Shown here one piece after another: positions 11,928-20,585 of a stretch of 61,734 nt of DNA (position 1 is its first letter; every line of letters starts with the position of its first letter). The stretch is from NCBI GenBank assembly GCA_024274855.1, contig JAJSAJ010000012.1, positions 1-61,734 of the forward strand, given 5' to 3'. Source of the stretch: Planctomycetota bacterium (lineage in GTDB: Bacteria > Planctomycetota > Planctomycetia > Pirellulales > Pirellulaceae). Below the pieces are notes generated by a model. The model did no database searches and had not been told where the DNA came from. It saw nothing but the letters and a program-made list of their open reading frames with translations. A program made the position numbers and the translations under genes.

Positions 11928-12842
11928 ATGGTTAATAGGAACGTGTTTCAACCCGGCAAGCTGCGGGAACACGTGCGCGATGTCGCCAAGGAGGCACTTA
12001 CTCGTGGGGCGCTGGAGCCGATCGAGACCGATTTGCAATTTCTTGTCGATAGGAACATTCGTTTCATCATTCGCACGGTTGTTGGACGTCCAGACAAGCC
12101 GCGACCCGATACGGCAGACTACGACGCGGTAGACCGCTACAATCCGTTTCTACCCTATGACCCAATGCTCTATGTGGCCGACGTGTCACCAACGCACGTC
12201 TGCTTGTTGAACAAGTACAATGTGGTCGACCACCATCTGCTGGTCATCACGCGTCAGTTCGAGCACCAGGAGTCGCCACTGAATACATCGGACTTTTACG
12301 CGATGTGGCGGTGCATGCGTGAGTATGACTCACTTGGCTTCTACAACTCGGGAGTTATTGCGGGGGCTAGTCAGCCACACAAACACCTTCAAGTCGTTCC
12401 TCTTCCGTTGGCGCCGCATGGACTACCCATTCCGACTGAGCCTCTGTTGATTTCGAAAAATGGCTCGCGACCCGGTCTTTGCCAAGCCGACGCCCTGCCT
12501 TTCGCACATCAATTGTATCGGTGGAATACCGATCCCACTCGGGATCTCGCCAAAGGGGCCGAACAGTCACACCGTGCCTATCGCATGATGCTCGATTCGC
12601 TCGGCATCCGTTTTTCGAAAGGACCGCGCAAACGCGTTTCCGGACCATATAATCTGCTGGTCACACGCGACTGGATGTTGCTGGTGCCGCGCGCCAACGA
12701 ATGCCATGGCCGCGTGTCACTCAACGCATTAGCTTTTGCCGGTGCATTGTTGCTGCACGATGCATGCAACCTGGTGGAGTTAGAAACAGCGGGCCCTTTT
12801 GCTGCATTGCAATCGGTGGCCGTATCGCGGCCCGACACGTAG
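11928..12842 (+). CDS. ATP adenylyltransferase / Ap4A phosphorylase II family (HIT-like) protein
   Basis: LLNKYNVVDHHLLVITRQFEHQ and GASQPHKHLQVVPLP motifs. 11928 is the first ATG before the conserved region. Stop is TAG at 12840-12842. Confidence 0.7.
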   Translation: MVNRNVFQPGKLREHVRDVAKEALTRGALEPIETDLQFLVDRNIRFIIRTVVGRPDKPRPDTADYDAVDRYNPFLPYDPMLYVADVSPTHVCLLNKYNVVDHHLLVITRQFEHQESPLNTSDFYAMWRCMREYDSLGFYNSGVIAGASQPHKHLQVVPLPLAPHGLPIPTEPLLISKNGSRPGLCQADALPFAHQLYRWNTDPTRDLAKGAEQSHRAYRMMLDSLGIRFSKGPRKRVSGPYNLLVTRDWMLLVPRANECHGRVSLNALAFAGALLLHDACNLVELETAGPFAALQSVAVSRPDT

Positions 12843-13891
12843 ACGGTTTCCTGAAAGACGTTTTGCACAACGAAAAGTAACACGAAACTTAGCAAGGCGG
12901 CAACGACGGGAGTCGACACCCATCCAGATGCGACTTTCAATAAGACCTTCCATCGGACCTGGCGGATCGCTCTGCCACCACTTTGGACGGCTGCCACTCC
13001 GATCACCGCACCGATCACTGCCTGCGAACTCGAGACGGGAATCAATGGGAAGTAAAGTCCGATGCGTCCGAACAGATCCTGCAGCCAAGTCGATGAGAAC
13101 ATAAAGAGGACGAGGCCGTGAGCGACGACGACCACCCACGCCGCCACCGGACTCAACGGCATCACACCACGCCCGACCGTCGTCATGACGCCGCGCGAGT
13201 ACGTAAAGACGCCGACGCCGATCGCAACAGCACCGAGTAGAAACAGCTGTTGAGTGCTGGTAACAGTCAGCCATTGGCCGAGGTGAATTTCTCGGAAGGG
13301 CGAGGAAGCGACGAAAACCCCCATGACATTTCCAATGTTATTCGCCCCCAAGCTATACGAACCGAAGGCGCCGGCCAAAATCAGTCCCCAGCGTGTATAC
13401 CAGTCCCGCCGCAGCAGGTGGGGCTGCCACCAACGGATCAGCCACACAATCACGACGTAGATAATTGCAGCAAACAGGGCACCCAAAACCGGGCAGACGA
13501 TCCACGTAGCAACGATACGGATCAACTCGTAAACGTTCGTTGGCGATCGACTGAAAATATTCCACCCGACAATTCCTCCGACAATCGCCTGGGTTGTCGA
13601 CACAGGCAGCCCGGCGCGGGTCATCCCGTAAACCGTCAATGCGGCCGCCAACGCTACTGTGAAGGAACCGGCCAGAGCGTCGACATGGCCGAGCTTGCCC
13701 AGCCCATGCGCTGCGCCGGCACCACCGAAAACCGCGCCTAACACAACAAACAGACTGCAGATCCATGCGGCCGTGGTGAATCGGATCATACGGCTGCCGA
13801 CCGCCGTCCCGAACACATTGGCCGCGTCGTTGGCTCCGAGAGACCAGCCAAGAAACAGACCGCTCGTCAAGTACAAAAAGACCGAGTCCAA
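12578..13891 (-). CDS. Inorganic phosphate transporter, PiT family, with an atypical ~88-codon C-terminal extension overlapping the convergent gene
   Basis: GANDAANVFGTAVGS and GANNIGNVMG signature repeats, many TM helices. TTG start preceded by GGAGGGAGG. First stop is TAG at 12578-12580. Confidence 0.85.
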   Translation of the reverse strand: MDSVFLYLTSGLFLGWSLGANDAANVFGTAVGSRMIRFTTAAWICSLFVVLGAVFGGAGAAHGLGKLGHVDALAGSFTVALAAALTVYGMTRAGLPVSTTQAIVGGIVGWNIFSRSPTNVYELIRIVATWIVCPVLGALFAAIIYVVIVWLIRWWQPHLLRRDWYTRWGLILAGAFGSYSLGANNIGNVMGVFVASSPFREIHLGQWLTVTSTQQLFLLGAVAIGVGVFTYSRGVMTTVGRGVMPLSPVAAWVVVVAHGLVLFMFSSTWLQDLFGRIGLYFPLIPVSSSQAVIGAVIGVAAVQSGGRAIRQVRWKVLLKVASGWVSTPVVAALLSFVLLFVVQNVFQETVYVSGRDTATDCNAAKGPAVSNSTRLHASCSNNAPAKANALSDTRPWHSLARGTSNIQSRVTSRLYGPETRLRGPFEKRMPSESSIMR

Positions 13892-13909
13892 TGCGTTCCT
13901 CCCTCCGGA

Positions 13910-14566
13910 CTACAGGGATCGTTTCACAGCATAGATCGCCAACCGATCGCCGCAGTCCTCGGCCGCATCCGCAATCTCACAAATCACGCGAAGTGTGTCT
14001 CGCAGGTGCAGCTTGCGAGAAAGCTCGATATCCGAGCCAAAAACCGATCGATTCAACCGCAAAGCGATTTCATCGGACTCGGCTTCGAAATACGAGATTT
14101 TATGGATGTGGTCTCGGATACTCGGAACGTCTCGAAAGAACGCTCGAGCCGCCCGAATCGTGTGCTCACAAGCTTCCGTAACAACCGCCCCCAGATCTCG
14201 CACGCGGTCATGATAGATGGTCGGAATCTCGGGCTGCTCAACGACGATCCCCAGCAGACTTGCCTTAAAGCCATCCAACAGTGTGTCAAGGTCGCCGAGC
14301 AGGTTCAGCACATCGCCACGGGACTCGGGAATCAGCATCTCGGTGTAGAGCGTCATTTCGATCGACCGCCGCAATGCATCAGCTTCCGATTCCAGGGCAG
14401 TGAGTTGCTCGATTCTTTCACCCGCGCGCTCCAACCGTGCAGCCAGGAAAGCGTTCAATCCAGCCTGAAAAACCAATCCCCCTTCAGAGATTTTTTCCAA
14501 GAACGTGTCGATCTGGCCTTCCAGGGCTCGCGTGCTGCCAAACAGCGAGAGAATACTGCGTGCCAT
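13910..14566 (-). CDS. DUF47/TIGR00153 PhoU-like phosphate-transport regulator
   Basis: MARSILSLFG...EADALRRSIEMTLYTEMLIPESRGDVL is typical of the family that precedes PiT genes. GAGG RBS lies before the ATG at 14566. Confidence 0.8.
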   Translation of the reverse strand: MARSILSLFGSTRALEGQIDTFLEKISEGGLVFQAGLNAFLAARLERAGERIEQLTALESEADALRRSIEMTLYTEMLIPESRGDVLNLLGDLDTLLDGFKASLLGIVVEQPEIPTIYHDRVRDLGAVVTEACEHTIRAARAFFRDVPSIRDHIHKISYFEAESDEIALRLNRSVFGSDIELSRKLHLRDTLRVICEIADAAEDCGDRLAIYAVKRSL

Positions 14567-15009
14567 CGTTACCTCGTCTCTCAAATGAATCACGTCGCTT
14601 GTCCGTTAAATGTTGCTCGACGTACCAGCAACATCACGGACGGATCACGGAGTTAGACGCGCAAAGGGATCGGGATCAGGCAGCCTCGGCCCGCACACAG
14701 GCTCGGATCGTGCTCGCGGCTCGATCACAAAAGCGGCGGCGCCGCGCGGACAGACGGCGACCGTTTATTGTAGCTCCCTGGCAACGACTCTTCCATGGCA
14801 GACCATGGGATGATTTACTGCCGAATAGGCACACCCCTGACCGACGGTAGACCAGCATTCTGAATCCCAGGCACTTGAGACTCGGGACTCGGACCGACAA
14901 GAAAGCAACGCGGCACGAAGTCAGGTTGCCGTTTTTCGACTTCGCGCCGCGAGCACGACAGCGTCGTGATTCAAGCCAATTGCTCCATTACAGTTGAGCA
15001 AATCGCGAC

Positions 15010-15297
15010 TTACCCCAGCTTCGGGTCCGGATAAACGCCCAGGACTATTTCACGCTCGCTCTTGTCAAAAAGCGAATCGAATGTCTGGTTGTGGTAGAGC
15101 TGTCGACCACTCCGCTCGTCCCGAACACGAAACGTAACGTTGCGAGGCAACTCGAACCTCTCAATTGCCTCCCGGCAAAGATCGCCGATCGTTGTTTTTC
15201 CCCGCGGGCAGTCTCGACGGTGGCAGTAATTGCCGTTCGGGGCGTAGAGGACTAACGAGCGGCGTTTCTGATCGGCTAGTGTTGTCGTCTGTGGCAT
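15010..15297 (-). CDS. Candidate ubiquitin-like (beta-grasp) modifier ending in C-terminal Gly
   Basis: 95-aa ORF downstream of the E1 and E2 genes on the same strand. It ends ...GVYPDPKLG-TAA. AAGGA RBS. The fold assignment is inferred from the sequence pattern only. Confidence 0.5.
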   Translation of the reverse strand: MPQTTTLADQKRRSLVLYAPNGNYCHRRDCPRGKTTIGDLCREAIERFELPRNVTFRVRDERSGRQLYHNQTFDSLFDKSEREIVLGVYPDPKLG

Positions 15298-15559
15298 AGT
15301 ATCATCATCCTTCGTGAGTCATAGTTTTTGGCAGTTTGTTTGGTTATCTTGAAAGGGCCATTTACTGTCTCATCGGTGTACGAATGGGTCGTGGGTCAAT
15401 GAGCACGCTCGGGAACCTGTCATGGTCTTCCAGCCGCACAAACGGGTAGCCACGTTGCGATTGGCGTGCCTCGTTCGCGTTCCAATGACGCGCCATTGAG
15501 TGACAATGGGGGAGGTCGTGGCCGTACCGGCCATTCAGGAAGCCACATCAATGCATTCC

Positions 15560-16129
15560 TTATGCCAAGATCCAATTGTGGTGGTCTTCTCCAAGCGGAA
15601 TTGTCCGAGGACCTTCCGGGGGATACGCTTCAAACAACGGCCGATCATCGGACGGAAAAAACGGTCGGTTCCGCGCGTAGAATTCAGCCGCAGCCGGATT
15701 CAGAACCTGTCTGTCCTCCAAATTGATTGCGCACCAGTCGGCTCGAACTACGTCCCACATGTTGACAAGAATGGACTTGAGCGAGGGCCGGGGCACCTGC
15801 TGCCATGCACATAAAGTTCCGGACGGGGTGAAATTCGGGTGAAAGGGTCGATCCGGGCTCGTTATCGACGCCAGCTCGCCGCGTGCGGGCGAACGCTCCA
15901 AGTAATCGATTTTGTATTTGATTCGCACATCGACTGGGCCGGCAAGAAACAGACGTTTTTCCTGGTCGCGCGTGAGAAAACGAGTCTGAAAGCGGACCAT
16001 GAAGATCATAGCGTCACCCAGATCCGTGATGCCGCGATTGGACACGACGCGACTATGCTCCACAACCGAATACAACTCCAGCACCAGAGCATACTTCACT
16101 GCTAACCATTGCCAACGGTCGATGCTCAT
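15560..16129 (-). CDS. UBC-fold E2-like ubiquitin-conjugating enzyme homologue
   Basis: FHPNFTPSGTLCAW has HPN-x4-G-x2-C with the same spacing as canonical E2 active sites. The preceding VDVRIKYKIDYLERSP resembles the E2 beta-sheet/YP region. The start lies 14 nt after the E1 stop. Confidence 0.7.
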   Translation of the reverse strand: MSIDRWQWLAVKYALVLELYSVVEHSRVVSNRGITDLGDAMIFMVRFQTRFLTRDQEKRLFLAGPVDVRIKYKIDYLERSPARGELASITSPDRPFHPNFTPSGTLCAWQQVPRPSLKSILVNMWDVVRADWCAINLEDRQVLNPAAAEFYARNRPFFPSDDRPLFEAYPPEGPRTIPLGEDHHNWILA

Positions 16130-16143
16130 TGCTTCACCCCATG

Positions 16144-17298
16144 TTACGCAGTAACCTCGATACCAAGTGCAAAGGACGTAACACGTCCTGCGTGTGTCAC
16201 TTCAATGATGGTGCCAGACGGAACTCCCCAATACGACAAACGACTGTTCCAAAACGGCTCGAGCTCTTCGAGCCGCACTTCTTGGTTTCTCTCGGAATCG
16301 ACAGGCCGCATGACCGAGTGGCACACAGCGCAGACGCCGAACGAACTGGTGTCACTCGGTAGCCACCGGACAACGTCGCTCGTGTGATTGCCACAGTCGA
16401 CGCAGCGAGCGGAGAAAGCGATGACTCCATCGAACCGGAGCGTCGCGTCGTCATAGCGCCCAATCCCAACCGCAGCGAGTAGATTGCCGAGCGTCACCAC
16501 GCGCGGGCCGCGCGCCAACCATATGATGCGATACCGCTCGGATGCATGATGCCGGCACGCTGGATTGCGGGGCAAGATAAAGTTCGTCACCGAATAGGGC
16601 TTCAACCCGATATGGACGGACCGATTGATGACCGCATCCCAATCATGTCCTGACCAGATCGGCAACACAGCACTAACGACTTGGCTTGCCGCCTCCCTGG
16701 CAAGCGCCATCGTGACGCCACGCCCGTTCTCGATAGTCGACTCCGTGCAGCCTCCGAACGGATCATCTTCCGGCCAGTTGTAATAGTCCCGACTAAACGA
16801 ACATTCGGCACACGCGTCCAGCTCCGATCCTGTTCCGAATGCACTGACGGTAAGGCAGTTTTCGGCCGGTTGCACGTTGGCTCTGACCAGATTCGCTCCG
16901 GTACGACGAGCAAGTCGATTTGCCAACGCCAAACAACGCCAATTGTCCGCGCAAACAATGATCAACCCACGTGCCCCGACGACACCATCCGGCACACGTT
17001 GGATGTCGCAGGCATACGACACGCATGGGATCCCACGAGTCCGCAGCCATGTCGCATGAACATCGGCCTTCTGCAAACCAACATCACCAAGCGTGCATTG
17101 CCCGGCGACCGCATGCTTGTCCATGTAGCTCTTGTTGTCGACCAGAACCAGCGGAACCCGTATCCGGCGAACCAGCTGCCGAATTACCTGCTTGCCGACA
17201 CTGCCCCCGCCAACAACCGTTACCCGACGCTCGGGCCGCTCCAAAAGGGCCCAATGCCCGCCAGACAACCCACCGGGAAAACAATCCGATTCGCGCAT
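16144..17298 (-). CDS. ThiF/MoeB/HesA-family E1-like adenylyltransferase
   Basis: VTVVGGGSVGKQ Rossmann loop. IIVCADNWRCLALANRLARRTGANLV matches the E1 DN-helix motif. CAEC plus CVDC...CAVC are Zn-type cysteine pairs. Confidence 0.75.
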   Translation of the reverse strand: MRESDCFPGGLSGGHWALLERPERRVTVVGGGSVGKQVIRQLVRRIRVPLVLVDNKSYMDKHAVAGQCTLGDVGLQKADVHATWLRTRGIPCVSYACDIQRVPDGVVGARGLIIVCADNWRCLALANRLARRTGANLVRANVQPAENCLTVSAFGTGSELDACAECSFSRDYYNWPEDDPFGGCTESTIENGRGVTMALAREAASQVVSAVLPIWSGHDWDAVINRSVHIGLKPYSVTNFILPRNPACRHHASERYRIIWLARGPRVVTLGNLLAAVGIGRYDDATLRFDGVIAFSARCVDCGNHTSDVVRWLPSDTSSFGVCAVCHSVMRPVDSERNQEVRLEELEPFWNSRLSYWGVPSGTIIEVTHAGRVTSFALGIEVTA

Positions 17299-18064
17299 CG
17301 CGCTGCGCCCCTCTCACCAGCCCTCTGACCCTGACTGGTGATACCTCACTGCCACGCTCATGCCTGGTTTGCCAGACAAGACACCCCGGCGGCGGCGAGA
17401 CGCCTCTTTCGGATGATCACGACTCGGCACCCCGCCCGTCGCATCGCCCCATGTTGACCAGCATGACCGCATGGCTCGCGTCGACCCCCGTGGCCCGGAC
17501 GGTAGCCCGGCGTGCGGGCACCGGTCCCACATCCCGTGAAATTCACCAAAACCGGCGAACCTCGTGCTATCACCTTCGCTCTTGCTTGGTGCGTGACAAA
17601 CTCTCGGTAACCCGTAAAGTCCGCACCACCTATCGCCATTTGACCAACATTCACCTCGAAGTCAACATTCGGCGTGCCGGATTTGCCAGCAATTACAAAC
17701 TCCTCATCGAAGGTAATACCGTTACAGCGGCATACGCCCCCACCTCCCCCCCATTACAACCACTGCGTCTGCAACATACGGTGCAGACTGATGTTACAGA
17801 CTTCATATTCTCTCAGAACACAACTGGAGATTATGTGTCTTTGACAAAAAACCGGCACTGGCGGCCCATCACCTTTCTTTTTTTCCAACACCTCGCCAGA
17901 GTAAGTACCACCTCTTGGGAAACGAAAAAAAAGGCATATTCTGGCCGAACACAAAAGTTTCTGCCCCCCACGAAGGCCCGCACCACACCGGGGACTAACT
18001 AGGGGTCAGACCTTGTTCTTTGTTGTCATGAAGGAGTGCCAAGGATAGAAATAGAATAGGCGCC

Positions 18065-18181
18065 ATGGCCCGACCACTTCGAATAGAGTTCGCTGGCACG
18101 ATCTATCACGTGATGTCGCGTGGGAATGCGCGCCAAGCGGTCTTCCGAGATGACGTAGACCGACAGATTCTGCTCGATCAT
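18065..18181 (+). pseudogene. N-terminal remnant of a REP-associated tyrosine transposase (RAYT, IS200/IS605 Y1-like, COG1943-type)
   Basis: MARPLRIEFAGTIYHVMSRGNARQAVFRDDVDRQ matches the characteristic N-terminus of this family. Similarity is lost after about 39 codons, and the catalytic HUH/Tyr regions are absent. Confidence 0.55.
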
Positions 18182-18325
18182 GGAAAATACGAAAATCGGG
18201 CCTGCCCCCCTTGGCGGCATGAGGCAAAGTGGGACATCAGCAATTGTGGACCCCGGGGCCGAACTCTCCAAGCATTTGTAGTAGGCTTCCCTGGAATTGG
18301 GTAATGCATATAGTAGCGGCCACTG

Positions 18326-20305
18326 TCAACGGACTTTATCGAAATCAATGGGTGTTTGGTCATTCGAATCCAACAACAGCCAGAGTGTCTGGTTGTCAGT
18401 CGCGCTGGAGATAGCTCGCACAGTGCCGTCGCAAAGGGTCGTTAAGAACACCGAATGACCAGGACCGATCAATCCTTTCCTTGGATCTGACTTGGTCACA
18501 GGCAGATCCTCCGGCTTCGTCCAGGGCACCGATCGATCAGGAGTCACACTAACAATCAAGAGGGTACACGAGGTGCCATCCTCGATATCCTGCATGCGAA
18601 GCGACTCTTTGCTGCCGAACACGGTACCTTTCCCGATCGGGACCAGATAAGTTGTCAGGCCGAGCTTCACATGTGCCTCTGGGTTCTGAAAGGTCTTTAC
18701 GATGAGTGGGATGAACTGCTTATTGTGTTCACTATCCCAAGGCTCGTCCAGACGAAACTGATCGTACAGAGCTTTCTGGTCCAGGAAGGGAAGAATATGA
18801 ACGCGCCAGCTCAACAGCGGTTTGCCGGAGGCGTCGTACGATGCGGCAGGAGGATATCGCTTGTGGACATCATGGTATTTGTGCATGGCCAACCCCAACT
18901 GCTTCAGGTTGCGCATTGACTGCATGTGTTGTGCCACTTCACCGTCAGTCGTATTTATGTCCGCCTGGGGCTTCGCGAAAGGTCTGACCGTCGGCGTTTG
19001 TTTCGGCAAGGTGACACTTCCTGGGGTCTGGCCGTTGATGCCACGGACGATTCGTGCAACTTCCTCCTCGGTAAAATGCCCCGTGATTCGGGCCGATCGC
19101 GAAATCGGCACGATGATCCGCGGCGCACATATGAGCTTGCCATCGATCAGTACAGACAGGAGCCTGTTGAGGTTTTCCGAGGTAAGCTTCTTCATCTTCA
19201 CCGCACCTTTCGGAGTGAAGACAAGGTCGATCACCAGTTGTCCGTGCTCATCCACAGCGGCCGCCGCCTCTGCGATGTCCGCTGACGTAACACAGGACGA
19301 TTTATGCAGGTAGACATTGCGAGCGGATCCCACGACTGATGCTTCAGTCAACCCTTCGCCAGGTTCGTTCTGGGCGACACGGAACTCGACCTTAACCGTC
19401 GATTTGGGCGGTGGGGTCGTCGAACGCATCGAGAAGCGGACCACTCGGTCCTGGAAGAGCGTGAATTCGAGACCCAGCGTTGGATAGAGAGCATATATTG
19501 TGGCCGGCGTCTCCTTTCGCTTCTTAGCTTCTTCGGGATTGCCGAAGGCAGCCGTTAAATCGGACAGACTCGCCCCCAGCCCGATACCCTCCTTCGTCTG
19601 GCCCGCAAAGTCGCGAACAATCACTTCCCGCACTTCCTGACCGTAACAGTCCACTGAGTGCCAGCCCCGCACGGGACTGACGCGAAGGGTGAATCCGCGT
19701 GAACGGTATTCGAGCATTTTTCCGTTGTCTGCGGTTATGTCCGGCTGTCCCAACAGGCGAATCACCTCGTCACGACTCACTCCAAACCGCGCCGGTCCCA
19801 ATCCGACTCCCGGCTTTAACTCCGGAGCAGCCAAGTCTTTCTCCTTGGGTAGCATCGGCAGCGTTGACAGGCCATTGGTTGTCACTGTGAACCCGTCCGG
19901 CGGTTGCATTCGCAATCGGTCGAGATCCACATCGCCGTCGAACACGATGTCACGCATCGTCCCAGTAAAAGCGTGGCCATCCGTCGACCAACCCTCATAT
20001 TCCAGCTGCACTGGAAGATCTGTCCGCGGGTCGACCCAGGCCGTCCATTCCAGCCGCAGGCTCACCTCATCCTGCGTGGCGACGAAGCCAACGACGGTAT
20101 GTCCGTCAATGACCTTTTCCGGAAGACGACGCACCGCGTTCGCAGAAAGTTTCCGTATCCAATCGTATATATTGTCCCGGGGACGTGATTTCGACCCCAC
20201 GGTTATGTGGGCCTCTCGTGAAGCTGGCAACACGAGCATCGATATTCCCAGATTCCTGTCCAACACGGAATAGGTACCCTGCATGTGCTCATACTCAGTT
20301 CGCAT
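18326..20305 (-). CDS. Multidomain protein: LolA/RseB-like N-terminal region, SecD-head-like segment, C-terminal DUF1559 domain (no prepilin leader)
   Basis: The C-terminus MRNLKQLGLAMHKYHD...LSWRVHILPFLDQKALYDQFRLDEPWDSEHN is a DUF1559 signature. The track ORF starts at 20497, but ATG 20305 overlaps the upstream stop (ATGCGAACTGA) and is more plausible. Confidence 0.7.
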   Translation of the reverse strand: MRTEYEHMQGTYSVLDRNLGISMLVLPASREAHITVGSKSRPRDNIYDWIRKLSANAVRRLPEKVIDGHTVVGFVATQDEVSLRLEWTAWVDPRTDLPVQLEYEGWSTDGHAFTGTMRDIVFDGDVDLDRLRMQPPDGFTVTTNGLSTLPMLPKEKDLAAPELKPGVGLGPARFGVSRDEVIRLLGQPDITADNGKMLEYRSRGFTLRVSPVRGWHSVDCYGQEVREVIVRDFAGQTKEGIGLGASLSDLTAAFGNPEEAKKRKETPATIYALYPTLGLEFTLFQDRVVRFSMRSTTPPPKSTVKVEFRVAQNEPGEGLTEASVVGSARNVYLHKSSCVTSADIAEAAAAVDEHGQLVIDLVFTPKGAVKMKKLTSENLNRLLSVLIDGKLICAPRIIVPISRSARITGHFTEEEVARIVRGINGQTPGSVTLPKQTPTVRPFAKPQADINTTDGEVAQHMQSMRNLKQLGLAMHKYHDVHKRYPPAASYDASGKPLLSWRVHILPFLDQKALYDQFRLDEPWDSEHNKQFIPLIVKTFQNPEAHVKLGLTTYLVPIGKGTVFGSKESLRMQDIEDGTSCTLLIVSVTPDRSVPWTKPEDLPVTKSDPRKGLIGPGHSVFLTTLCDGTVRAISSATDNQTLWLLLDSNDQTPIDFDKVR

Positions 20306-20585
20306 CAGTCCGTCGGCAAACGCCACGCACGTGTATTTCGCGACCTTCCCGACGACGCGCTCGCAAGCGATCCAGAGCTCTGGTGGTTGCCAGGCGTTTA
20401 AATAACCCGGGCCAGTTCCGGATCGGCTGCAATTGTGCCTGTTTCCAGGCGCAAAGGAACGTGTCTTGAAAACAGTCGTTGATGTCGTCCTCCACATTCA
20501 GGAGGCGATAAGCCGTCTTCCAAACGATTGGCCCGTACTCGTGGACGATTCGCGACCAATCATGCATTTGGAGCCCTCCGACCAT
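20295..20585 (-). CDS. ECF sigma-70 region-2-only ORF (truncated sigma factor, no region 4)
   Basis: IVWKTAYRLLNVEDDINDCFQDTFLCAWK...LATTRALDRLRARRR is a typical sigma-70 r2 sequence. The ORF ends after 96 aa with no sigma-4 helix-turn-helix. Confidence 0.5.
   Translation of the reverse strand: MVGGLQMHDWSRIVHEYGPIVWKTAYRLLNVEDDINDCFQDTFLCAWKQAQLQPIRNWPGLFKRLATTRALDRLRARRREGREIHVRGVCRRTDAN

Noticed and set aside
16971-18002. 343-aa plus-strand ORF and similar long ORFs antisense to real genes (e.g. 7971..8690, 38665..39537, 39996..40739, 45876..46550, 25289..26032)
   Set aside because: These have Arg/Pro/Ser/Thr-rich, low-complexity translations with no recognisable motifs. Most lie opposite well-supported genes. 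They are typical shadow ORFs of GC-rich DNA.
18002-18013. 12-mer AGGGGTCAGACC upstream of the RAYT remnant shared with the MITE core, as evidence that the RAYT mobilised the MITE
   Set aside because: A single 12-nt match between a ~130-bp element and a 61-kb window on two strands is about what chance predicts. TIR plus target-site duplication also points to a DDE-type transposase, not a RAYT.
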